Assembly (NCBI GenBank): GCA_014727915.1 | Contig: WJMO01000006.1 | Location: forward strand, 384,001 to 448,000 | Direction of reading: 5' to 3' | Source: Candidatus Altiarchaeales archaeon | GTDB taxonomy: Archaea > Altiarchaeota > Altiarchaeia > IMC4 > SCGC-AAA252-I15 | Length of the DNA: 64,000 bases | In this document: positions 40,199-48,878 of the stretch, in pieces | How the letters are laid out: each line of letters starts with the position of its first letter | How positions within the stretch are numbered: the stretch's first letter is position 1 | Notes under the pieces: model-generated | The model's input: the letters and a program-made list of their open reading frames with translations, nothing else | What the model was told of the DNA's origin: nothing | Databases searched by the model: none | Made by a program: the position numbers and the translations under genes

Positions 40199-41008
40199 AT
40201 GAGGATTGGAGTGTCCACGAGGCTGCTGTGGGAGAGGGAGCAGAACATCTACGTGATATTGGATTTCATACGAAAGCATGCGGAGTCGGCGGAGATATGG
40301 GTGATGCCCCCGTTCTTCCCCTACTGGAGGACCAGCCAGATGAAGGGAGAGCTGGACAGGATCAGAGAAGTGTTGGAAGTATACGGGCTGTCTTCGACGG
40401 TGCACGCGCCACATCACGACCTCAACCTCAGCTCGCTCAACCCAAGGGCGTCCAAGGCAGCCTACGAGGACGTGTTGAAGAGCCTTGAATCAGCGGACAT
40501 AATGGGGTCGGAGACCGTGACATTCCACCCCGGCGGCGTCAGGTACGGGCGTGAAAGGGGATTGGAGATTTTGAAGGAGAGCCTGAAACGGCTGGACAAA
40601 AAAGCCGAAGAATACAATGCATTGTTGTGCCTGGAGAACCTGGTAGACGAGCACATGTATTGCAGGACCAGCGGTGAAGTGTTGGATGTGCTGGAGGGTT
40701 TGGAGAGCATCCACATCACATTGGACCTGGCCCACGCACTGGTGCAGGAGGAGGATATAGGAGACTACATCGGCATGCTGGGTGATAGGATAAGGCATGT
40801 GCACATCAGCGACTTCAAAGGCCTAGAACACCTCCACCTCCCGATCGGCAGAGGAGACCTGGACTTCACAGACGCTCTGAAGGCGCTGAAGAAGACAGGA
40901 TACAAGGGCGTCTTCAGCCTTGAAGGCGTTCCACAAAACCCGTTCACGGCCATACCGGAAGAGACAGAGGAGTTGAGGAATATACTAGGCGAAGCAGGTT
41001 TCAAATGA
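40199..41008 (+). CDS. Sugar phosphate isomerase/epimerase (AP_endonuc_2 TIM barrel)
   Basis: VHAP..DLNLSS, FHPG, LEN, LDLAHA, HVHISD, H.PIG.G, LEG. Confidence 0.88.
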   Translation: MRIGVSTRLLWEREQNIYVILDFIRKHAESAEIWVMPPFFPYWRTSQMKGELDRIREVLEVYGLSSTVHAPHHDLNLSSLNPRASKAAYEDVLKSLESADIMGSETVTFHPGGVRYGRERGLEILKESLKRLDKKAEEYNALLCLENLVDEHMYCRTSGEVLDVLEGLESIHITLDLAHALVQEEDIGDYIGMLGDRIRHVHISDFKGLEHLHLPIGRGDLDFTDALKALKKTGYKGVFSLEGVPQNPFTAIPEETEELRNILGEAGFK

Positions 41009-41016
41009 GGCTGTTC

Positions 41017-42414
41017 CTATTTCACCTGTTCGCCGAACAGTGTGTCCACGATATTCAGGAATTCTTTTAGTTTTTCTCTTGGGACTCTTGCCCCGGCTGC
41101 GATGTCGTGGCCGCCTCCTTCTCCGCCGAGCTTCCGACTGCATTCGCGCATGGCATTCCCTAGGTGTAGGCCGCGCCTCACCAGCCCCCAGTTGGCCCTC
41201 GCAGAAACCTTGAGGAAGCCCGGGTCGTCACGGTCCTCCGCGAACGCGAGTATGGGCTTACCAGGAGGTATGATACGCGCGCCATAGGCCATCCCAGCGA
41301 CAACACCGATGATCGACTCCTTTATGACCCCGCCGGCGTCGAAGTACCGTAGGTTGGACATGTCCTCAGTGCCATTTTCGGAGAGCCATTCGATGCCCTC
41401 CCTCAGGAGTTTCCTGTGCCTTTCAAGCATTCCCTGCGCCTTCTTCCACTGGCTCCCCCTGTCGCCAAGGCATACTTTCACTCCCAAGTCTGGCTGTTCC
41501 TGGCGGCCGCATGCGTTCAACACGGTCGCGAACTCCTTGGAGTCCCTCAGCTCGGACTTGAACTCCTCCCTCACGAGAGTGTAGACCTCGCCGAACATGC
41601 CGTGTATTATGAAGTCCGGAGTGTTCAAGTCCACCAATTTCATGTACAGTGCACTGGTCAGCTTCTCACGCTCGGCCTGCGAAAGCTCGACATATGAGCG
41701 GTAGTCTCCGTTGTCCCGCAAGGGGATGCCGAGCGACTCTATGAACTGGGCGCACGCCTGCTGGTTCCCCGTCAAACCCGGTATGACAGGATCGGAGGAG
41801 TAAGCTATCATCTGCGTCAGGCTCCGGGACTGACGGCCGAACATGCGAATGTCATTCTCGACCCCCATAAGCCCTGCATCCACGGCGTCACCCAGTATTA
41901 GCCTGTTTATCGACTCGAGCGCTCCGTTACTGTCCTGCATGTCCCCGACCGCACCCACCACCGCAACAGCCGCCATGGCAGTCCTGCCGAGGGATTTGGC
42001 GACGAAATAGGCCATGCCAGCGCCGCTCACCTCCCCACCGCCGTCGTAGCCGAAGTAGTGGGGATTTATCTGGCGGGAATATTCCATCTCAGGGGGATGA
42101 TGGTCTATTACAAAATAGTCCTTTACGCCGTGTTCAGCCAGGAGAGAATGATGGCCGCTGCCAAAGTCCGTGAGCACGAGGGTGCTGCCGTCGTATTCCC
42201 TAATCTTCTCCACAGTGACGGAGTCTATCTGCTTCATGCACGCGTAGTCCACGTTCTTACCGAGGGAACGCAAAAGGTCCACGGTGACAGAGCAGCTTGT
42301 TATGCCATCGGCGTCATGGTGGCTCAAAACGAAGTAGTCGTCGTTTTCCGAAAGCTCCGAGGAGAACTCACGTAGCGCCTTCTCAAACTCTGGACTGAGC
42401 GTCTCATTGGACAT
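41017..42414 (-). CDS. RecJ-like DHH phosphoesterase (archaeal GAN/RecJ)
   Basis: HHDADG, DFGSG, IDHH, GAVGDMQ, LNACGR, GGGHDIAAGA. Confidence 0.92.
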   Translation of the reverse strand: MSNETLSPEFEKALREFSSELSENDDYFVLSHHDADGITSCSVTVDLLRSLGKNVDYACMKQIDSVTVEKIREYDGSTLVLTDFGSGHHSLLAEHGVKDYFVIDHHPPEMEYSRQINPHYFGYDGGGEVSGAGMAYFVAKSLGRTAMAAVAVVGAVGDMQDSNGALESINRLILGDAVDAGLMGVENDIRMFGRQSRSLTQMIAYSSDPVIPGLTGNQQACAQFIESLGIPLRDNGDYRSYVELSQAEREKLTSALYMKLVDLNTPDFIIHGMFGEVYTLVREEFKSELRDSKEFATVLNACGRQEQPDLGVKVCLGDRGSQWKKAQGMLERHRKLLREGIEWLSENGTEDMSNLRYFDAGGVIKESIIGVVAGMAYGARIIPPGKPILAFAEDRDDPGFLKVSARANWGLVRRGLHLGNAMRECSRKLGGEGGGHDIAAGARVPREKLKEFLNIVDTLFGEQVK

Positions 42415-42437
42415 AGGAGAAGAAATAGGTTTTAATC

Positions 42438-42971
42438 CTATAAATTAGCAGCCCTCTCATTCAGCACTTCAGCCAGCTTCTCCAGCCAAGCAACCGGATT
42501 GTCAACGTACAACATGACCTCCGCGAACTGTAGGTTGACGTCCATGTACCTTACCCTCAGACCGTTCTGGTGGATCGCGAACTCTGATATCCTGTCCAAG
42601 GGTATGAACAACGAAGCCTCCCCGCTGTTGGACGTCTCAGCCATCAAACCCAGGTTTGTCAGGTAGATTATCGCCTTGGTGGGTGAGAAGGGAAAGTCCT
42701 TCTCGCCGATGCTAACGATAACGAAGTGTGAGCTGGGAGACGCGGAACGGAGGATTATCTCCTCTTCCTCGTGGAGTTCCAGCGTCTTCTCCTGGCTTAT
42801 GGAGAGGTATATGTAGTATGCTGACACTATGCCCGCCACCACCCCGAACCCGAGAGCCAGCGCCTCGAACTTCAGAGAGGGGCCAGATAGATAAGCATAT
42901 GAGAGGGCAAGCAACAGCACAGCGATGGCGACATACGGAAGGGCCCGCCCTATAATGGAGTCAAAGTCCAT
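42438..42971 (-). CDS. Two-TM protein with cytoplasmic PH/GRAM-like domain
   Basis: EEEEII, IYLTN.GL..E, IPLDRI, W.EKL pattern. Confidence 0.55.
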   Translation of the reverse strand: MDFDSIIGRALPYVAIAVLLLALSYAYLSGPSLKFEALALGFGVVAGIVSAYYIYLSISQEKTLELHEEEEIILRSASPSSHFVIVSIGEKDFPFSPTKAIIYLTNLGLMAETSNSGEASLFIPLDRISEFAIHQNGLRVRYMDVNLQFAEVMLYVDNPVAWLEKLAEVLNERAANL

Positions 42972-43009
42972 CGTTTAATATTTAGCCTCCCCCATAAAAA
43001 GTAGATAAC

Positions 43010-43513
43010 ATGAAGCTGCTATGGTGCATAACAGGAGGAGAATACCATCTGGAAGAGTGTGTCGAATATATCGAAGGATTAAATGACATTACATTAGTAT
43101 TCTCCCAGGCAGGGATGGAAGTCACTGCAATGTACGGTCTAATGGAGAGGATAAGGAATCTGGGCTGTGAGATAGTCCATGAGAAAGACCAGGGCAGTTC
43201 AGCGCCAATAATAAGGAGGCTGCGCCAGTACGGGAAAGTGGTTGTAGCCCCTTGCACAGCCAACACGGCTGCCAAGATAGCGAACGGCATCGCCGACAGC
43301 CTGGTTTCCAACATCGTCTCACAGGGCCTTAAGATGGGATTGGAGATAATAGTGTTGCCTACAGACTCGGCCGAGGAAGTTAAGGGAAAGGCTGTTGACG
43401 GGAGCGAAGTTAGCATAAGGTGCAGGGACATAGACCTGGAGAACGTAGATAAGATCAGAGGAGAGGTATTGGTAGTGTCAGAGCCAGGACACCTGGGAGA
43501 AGCACTGGGCTAG
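43010..43513 (+). CDS. Archaeal flavoprotein (AfpA/HFCD flavoprotein family)
   Basis: WCITGG, SQAG.EV..MYG, APCTANTAAKIANGIADSLV, LPTD. Confidence 0.85.
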   Translation: MKLLWCITGGEYHLEECVEYIEGLNDITLVFSQAGMEVTAMYGLMERIRNLGCEIVHEKDQGSSAPIIRRLRQYGKVVVAPCTANTAAKIANGIADSLVSNIVSQGLKMGLEIIVLPTDSAEEVKGKAVDGSEVSIRCRDIDLENVDKIRGEVLVVSEPGHLGEALG

Positions 43514-43797
43514 CGCCTCTTCTTCCAGACGGCAATGCCTGCCAGGGTTACGAATGCTATGGCAAGGGATGATGTGAGGGTGTTTATGGGCATGCCTAGG
43601 TTTTTCGTGAGGAAATAGAGGAGTAACTGAGGAGCCAGGCCGAATATGAGGCTCAGTCCAAGCCTCTCAGACCATGTTAGGCCGCGCTTCTTTGGGAACA
43701 ACGCCAGGGTCACAGCCAAGCCTGGAACGAACACAAGCAGCACAAGAAAAGCCGACACCCATATTATCTGAAATGCCTCCATGTATAGAGATAACAA
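43510..43797 (-). CDS. Small membrane protein, DUF1616-like
   Basis: FVPG....ALFP, ERLGLS..GL. Confidence 0.7.
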   Translation of the reverse strand: MLSLYMEAFQIIWVSAFLVLLVFVPGLAVTLALFPKKRGLTWSERLGLSLIFGLAPQLLLYFLTKNLGMPINTLTSSLAIAFVTLAGIAVWKKRR

Positions 43798-43814
43798 CAG
43801 CTTAAAATAAAACC

Positions 43815-44900
43815 TTAAATCATGTCCGCCAGGAGGTGGGGCATGTTAAAGAGGGCTTTGAACAGGAAACGGGGGTTTTTCATGAGTGCTGACAACGTCT
43901 TGGAAGCTAAGTCCATGTCACCCCCGGACTCAAGGGAAGCAGTGCCCTCCCTAGCAGCCCTGAACATGCGGTCCTTCGTGTCGTCAGACATCCTGCAGAG
44001 CATCCTGTGTATCATCAGATGCAACCTCAACTCTCCGCCCAGTTCACGCCTCCAACACGCCTCATAGTCGGGTCTGCACGAGTAGGCCGCTGAAATACCG
44101 CCAAAAACCACACCACCGCCCGTGGAGGCCTTTACTTGGCCTGCAGCATCCCCGACCGTTACGATGTTGTCATACTGTGTTCGCAGGGAAGGTTCGTGGA
44201 TGGGTATTATGCCAAAAGACTCTGAATGCCTACTGTCAGACCGCACCCTACCAGCCGACTTCAGGCGTTTCACGAAATCATCCAGGTAAGGCCGTGGATT
44301 GGACTTCACGCACAAACCCACCCTGGCGACATCCCCCGCAGGTATCACCCATGCGAAGAAGTCAGGAACTGTGAAGTGGAGCTCCACAAAGTCAGGGTCG
44401 CAGTCCACCTTCATCTCATACTGCCCTCCGATGAGGAAGTCACGGGGCATTTCAACGCCGCGCTGTCGGTGCAGGGTGTAGTCAGTGCCTGTCGCCAGCA
44501 CTATCCGGTCGGCCTTCAACTCTCCTCCAAACCTCAGGTTCACACCACCGTTCAAAGAAGACACCCAGTCCTCAACATAGGTGGCACCGGCTTTCAGCGC
44601 CTTGTCCTGCAATCGCATGTCAAACCCGGGCCTGTCCAAGGCGTAGGCTTTGGTTCGTCGCCCGTCTATCTCAACCTCGACTTTGCCTGGAGAGTACATG
44701 CGTGCGCCCCGGACCTTGTTCAGAACCGTATCCCCCGGGCTGGCATCAATCCTCTCCAAACCTGATTTGCTTATCAGCCCAGCGCACTGCATCCGCCTTA
44801 TGCCTGTGCCCACCAACGCGACCTCATTGGCCGAGCAACCACGCTCGGCTGCTATGCAACCCGCGGGTCCGTTGCCCACCACAGCAACATCGTATCTCAT
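43815..44900 (-). CDS. Geranylgeranyl reductase family FAD-dependent oxidoreductase
   Basis: VVGNGPAG, CAGLIS, DR..FD, FAWVIP, VGDAAGQVK..TGGG. Confidence 0.88.
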   Translation of the reverse strand: MRYDVAVVGNGPAGCIAAERGCSANEVALVGTGIRRMQCAGLISKSGLERIDASPGDTVLNKVRGARMYSPGKVEVEIDGRRTKAYALDRPGFDMRLQDKALKAGATYVEDWVSSLNGGVNLRFGGELKADRIVLATGTDYTLHRQRGVEMPRDFLIGGQYEMKVDCDPDFVELHFTVPDFFAWVIPAGDVARVGLCVKSNPRPYLDDFVKRLKSAGRVRSDSRHSESFGIIPIHEPSLRTQYDNIVTVGDAAGQVKASTGGGVVFGGISAAYSCRPDYEACWRRELGGELRLHLMIHRMLCRMSDDTKDRMFRAAREGTASLESGGDMDLASKTLSALMKNPRFLFKALFNMPHLLADMI

Positions 44901-45529
44901 CTTTTCTTAAGCAGCTTGTCGGAGGCGACCAACGTCTTCTCCCTTGCGCCCTCAACCCTCACATAGCCCTTTTTCTCAAGGCCTTCAGCCCATTTTACTA
45001 TTGTCTCCTGGCTGACATCCAATAGCAGGGAGGCATCATACAATTTTATCCGCCCCATTCGCTGGATCAGCTGTATGAAATCCTTCACATTGTTCCGGGG
45101 CTTATCCCTCTTCGGGGGGTGGGACTCTGATATCGTCGACTCCAACAGGCTGTCAAGCTCGTCGTCGGAGGGGAGCCCACCGACCCCGAACCTCTGGCCT
45201 CCCAATCCCCCCTCCAACGAAGCGGACTCCTCCTTGAATTCCCTGAAATCTCTCTCTCGCTTCTTCAGCTTACGCTCCAACGCCTTGGCCTTGGCTTCAG
45301 CCGACTCGATCTTCCTCTCCTTTTCGCTGAGCTTCTTCTGCAATTCGGTTATCTGCTGCCTGCACTTCAACAGGTGGAATGTGAGAGACTCCATCTGCTG
45401 GGCTTGGACGGTCATGGCCAGCTGCTCGGGGGTGAGCCTGTCGATTGCGGACTGATGCCATGCTGAAAGCTCCTCCTCCAGCTTGATACGCCTGATCCTC
45501 TCCTCTTCAAGCTCCTTACTCGCGTCCAT
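44897..45529 (-). CDS. Coiled-coil protein with C-terminal winged helix
   Basis: Long E/K/L heptad region; GRIKLYDASLLLDVSQETIVKWAEGLEKKGYV. Confidence 0.7.
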   Translation of the reverse strand: MDASKELEEERIRRIKLEEELSAWHQSAIDRLTPEQLAMTVQAQQMESLTFHLLKCRQQITELQKKLSEKERKIESAEAKAKALERKLKKRERDFREFKEESASLEGGLGGQRFGVGGLPSDDELDSLLESTISESHPPKRDKPRNNVKDFIQLIQRMGRIKLYDASLLLDVSQETIVKWAEGLEKKGYVRVEGAREKTLVASDKLLKKR

Positions 45530-46595
45530 CCCTAAAGTCAACCACGTCAAAGACATCAGGTCCCGTTGAAATCAATGTTGCCTTGACTCCAAGCTTCTCC
45601 TCGATGCCCCCAACATGGGATATCGCATCCTCGGAGAGCCTGTCATAATCCTTAACACCAGAGCACTCGGGGAACAGCTTGTCCAAGCATGTGATGCATA
45701 TCTGCGTTGCGCCATTTACCCGGGAACTGTAGCGTGCCAGGTCATAGTCGAAGGAGCCTATCTTCCTGGGCCTGCCGGTCACGGTCCCCACCTCCCCAAG
45801 GTGCTTGGCGAGCATCTCGTTGGTTGTGCCCTCATGACCCTCTGCTTTCGCACGCTCCAACAACGCAGTCCACATGCTGCTCTTCTCCACCTCCTCGTCC
45901 GTGAGGTAGTGTATGTACGGGTCCTCGCCGACCCGGCTCATATACGCCTTGAATATAACGTAGACGTCGTTGACACGGGTTGGGCCAACGCCCATGTCCG
46001 CCGCCGCCGTTGAGGCGGAGGTGTCCTTGCTCGTAACATAAGGGTAGTTCCCGTAGTATAGGCTGAGCCCGAAGCCCTGGCTCGCCTCTATGAGCACGTC
46101 CTCTCCGCCGTCTATGGCATCGTTAATCAACTGCGGCACGTCAGCAATGTAGCCTTCCAGTTCCTTGAAGTCCTTCGCCTGCCTGGCTACCCTGTTGACC
46201 CGGGCCGCGTTCGCGGGACCGCAGCCGGACCCGGTGGTGCCTATCTTCTTGCTGTTCGCTGAATGGTCCGCGTCCTTGTGCTCCTGCTCGATGACAGCGC
46301 ACCGCCTGTCCACCTTTATCCTGTCCCCCACGCCGGTCATCTCAACCTCCTCAAGGAAACGCTGTATGTCGACTAGTACTCCAGCACCTATCAGGAGGTG
46401 TGAGTTTGGGTTGACGAAACCGCAGGTTATCATCCTCAGCCCGTATTTCTTCCCGTCCTTGTATACCGTGTGGCCTGCGTTAGGGCCGACCCCAGCCCTT
46501 CCTATGTATGCTGGCTTGTCTTTCAAAGCCAGGTACGAAACCATCTTACCCTTTCCCTCGTCTCCGTAATGCCCGCCAACGACAACTGATACCAT
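45516..46595 (-). CDS. purA: Adenylosuccinate synthetase (short archaeal type)
   Basis: GDEGKGK, GPNAGHT, GTTGSGCGP, YPYVTS, GTVTGRPR, STGP. Confidence 0.97.
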   Translation of the reverse strand: MVSVVVGGHYGDEGKGKMVSYLALKDKPAYIGRAGVGPNAGHTVYKDGKKYGLRMITCGFVNPNSHLLIGAGVLVDIQRFLEEVEMTGVGDRIKVDRRCAVIEQEHKDADHSANSKKIGTTGSGCGPANAARVNRVARQAKDFKELEGYIADVPQLINDAIDGGEDVLIEASQGFGLSLYYGNYPYVTSKDTSASTAAADMGVGPTRVNDVYVIFKAYMSRVGEDPYIHYLTDEEVEKSSMWTALLERAKAEGHEGTTNEMLAKHLGEVGTVTGRPRKIGSFDYDLARYSSRVNGATQICITCLDKLFPECSGVKDYDRLSEDAISHVGGIEEKLGVKATLISTGPDVFDVVDFRDGRE

Positions 46596-46705
46596 GTTAT
46601 TTCACCTAATCTCAAAGACAAGTTATACTAAGTGAAACGGTATATTAATGCTTGAAAACAAGCCGGGCAACGTATTTAACATGCGCATGACATGAATAAG
46701 GGAAG

Positions 46706-47284
46706 ATGATAGACGAGAAGGAGCTGGAGTCCATAAGAGACGACCTCAGCAGGCTGTCAAACGACAAGATAGAGCAGACCAAGGCCAGCCGAGACGTTGT
46801 TAAGAAGAGCAAGGAGCTCATCTACAGCATCCACCGGGGTGACATGGAGACTGCAAAGGACAAGGCCGCAGAGATAGAAGAGATGCGTAAAAAACTGGAT
46901 GAGATGGCGAAGACAGAGAAGCTCCGGGGACAGCACAGCTACAGCATCGCAGTCCAAGAGTACGTGGAAGCGGTCACATACCATGAGGTCATGACCAGCA
47001 AGCGGCTGCCCACCAGAAAGCAGTTGAACGCGGACACGGAGCTCTACCTGATGGGATTGTCAGACCTCACCGGGGAACTCGTACGAAAGGCCGTTGACGA
47101 CATGGTAAAAGAGAACTACGACCGCGCAACATGGCTGCGGGACGTGGTCTCGGAAATATACGGGGCGATACTCTCCCTCGACTTCGAAGGAGGGGAAGCC
47201 CGGCGTAAAAGCGACCAGATCAAATGGAACCTCAACAAACTCGAAGACCTAGTATACGACGCCAAAATCAGGGGGAAAATCTGA
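46706..47284 (+). CDS. Translin/TRAX family protein
   Basis: SR.....SK..IY.IHRG, QEYVEA, YLMGLSDLTGELVR, RRK.D. Confidence 0.88.
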   Translation: MIDEKELESIRDDLSRLSNDKIEQTKASRDVVKKSKELIYSIHRGDMETAKDKAAEIEEMRKKLDEMAKTEKLRGQHSYSIAVQEYVEAVTYHEVMTSKRLPTRKQLNADTELYLMGLSDLTGELVRKAVDDMVKENYDRATWLRDVVSEIYGAILSLDFEGGEARRKSDQIKWNLNKLEDLVYDAKIRGKI

Positions 47285-47292
47285 ACCGTTCG

Positions 47293-48531
47293 CTAATGCG
47301 GTTTCAGCCTGTTCTTGGGTTGGCCACCGCCATCGGGTTTTAGTTCCATCCGGGTTGTAGGAGGCCCGGCAGCAAGCAGTTCATCGACTGTAGCTACCAA
47401 ATCTGTTTTTCCGTCAGCACGCCACGACCCGCCAGCAGATTCGAGCGCCTGCCTCATACCCTGCGGGTCCTTTTTCAACTGGCCGCGTATCACCTGTCCA
47501 GCAAGTTCCCTGTTCTCCCCGCTCTCGTCGTTGAGGGTGAACGCCAGCTGCTCCTGCATCTCCGTTGGAAAACGCTGGCGCCCACATATCCTGGAAAGAC
47601 GTTCCAGGCTGGATTTCCTCATGAAATCATCCTGATGGGATAAGTCAGCTCCAAAATCCTGGATGGCCTCAACCGGCAGTTCCTGCTTGTCGCTCAGGTT
47701 TATCAAAGCCCGTGAGGAGGCATTACTTGAATGTCTCGTCCCCTCCTGGGATATAAGGTGAAGCCTTCGGACTACATCCTCCGGGAAAGCCTGTATCTCG
47801 GCAGCGTCAGCCAACGCCTCCCCAGCCAGCCTGTTAACCTCCACATCAGGGTCGCCCCTCATGGGAATGCCGTTTGAAAGCCCTCCCTGGCATACGCCCC
47901 CCTCACCAGTTGAACAGCCCATGAGGCTTGCAACATGCCTAAGATAAGGTTCCGGGAGCTCCCGCTTGCCAGCCATGTACATGAAAAACGCCACCCCGTA
48001 CCTGCGGAACCAATAGTCCTTATCCCTCAACAGCTCCACCATGGGACGCAGGACCGTGTCCTCGGGGAAGTCCCGGGCGTAAACATCCCTCAACTGCACA
48101 CCCCTGCCGGCAGCCACCTGGTGTATGCCCCGGTAGTCGAGGAATAGCGTGTCATCTCTCCCGCATTGAGCCCTCAGATCAGAGTTAACATCCTCTACGG
48201 AAATTCCGCCTTCTTCTGCTATTCTATCAATCATGCCTTTCTTGCCGTTTCCACGGCCTGCATTATGGGTCGCGTTAAGGGCATGCTCTCTAACCTGCGT
48301 CAGTTTCCCGCGATCGCTGTAAGGAATCTCGGCAAGAATTTCTCCGGGTGGAATATGGGTGGGGGGGTATTCATCGACTGGTGTCGCGTCAAAACGCAAG
48401 GCAATCAAACCCTGCAAAACAGGCAGGGGCAACCTAGCCTGTTCAGCGTGTTTTTCCGCATCCCTGCATGCCGCCACGCGCACATAAGGATCAGATGACC
48501 TAAGCCCCTCTAGGACCGAAGCCTCGTCCAT
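47293..48531 (-). CDS. Orphan HEAT/ARM-repeat-like helical protein
   Basis: Repeated L.D.D..VR/FR..A units (LRSSDPYVRVAA, LRDKDYWFRRYG, GDPDVEVNRLA, LSHQDDFMRKSS, LNDESGENRELA). Confidence 0.65.
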   Translation of the reverse strand: MDEASVLEGLRSSDPYVRVAACRDAEKHAEQARLPLPVLQGLIALRFDATPVDEYPPTHIPPGEILAEIPYSDRGKLTQVREHALNATHNAGRGNGKKGMIDRIAEEGGISVEDVNSDLRAQCGRDDTLFLDYRGIHQVAAGRGVQLRDVYARDFPEDTVLRPMVELLRDKDYWFRRYGVAFFMYMAGKRELPEPYLRHVASLMGCSTGEGGVCQGGLSNGIPMRGDPDVEVNRLAGEALADAAEIQAFPEDVVRRLHLISQEGTRHSSNASSRALINLSDKQELPVEAIQDFGADLSHQDDFMRKSSLERLSRICGRQRFPTEMQEQLAFTLNDESGENRELAGQVIRGQLKKDPQGMRQALESAGGSWRADGKTDLVATVDELLAAGPPTTRMELKPDGGGQPKNRLKPH

Positions 48532-48635
48532 GTCATTTAAGAAATAGGCAAGGTTTTATAATATGTTGAAAAATGAGGCCTTGGCAGGTGATTTAATACC
48601 TCTTTTTCTATATGATAAACCTTGAGGTTTAGGCG

Positions 48636-48878
48636 ATGGACTACACGGTTGAAGTGAGGGTTGAACTGAAGCACGGGGTGTTGGACGCTGAAGGAGAGAC
48701 CGTGCAGAAGAGCCTTGGACTCCTGGGCTTCAATGTGGACAAGGTCGAGACGGTGAAGGTCTACAAGGTGATGTTGAAGGCTGACAGCGAGGAGAAGGCG
48801 TTGAAGACGATGAAGCAGGCCTGTGAAAAGCTCCTGGCCAACCCTGTGATACAGGATTACAGCGTCAAGGTGGTATGA
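48636..48878 (+). CDS. purS: FGAM synthase subunit PurS
   Basis: LK.GVLDAEG, LLANPVIQDY. Confidence 0.96.
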   Translation: MDYTVEVRVELKHGVLDAEGETVQKSLGLLGFNVDKVETVKVYKVMLKADSEEKALKTMKQACEKLLANPVIQDYSVKVV

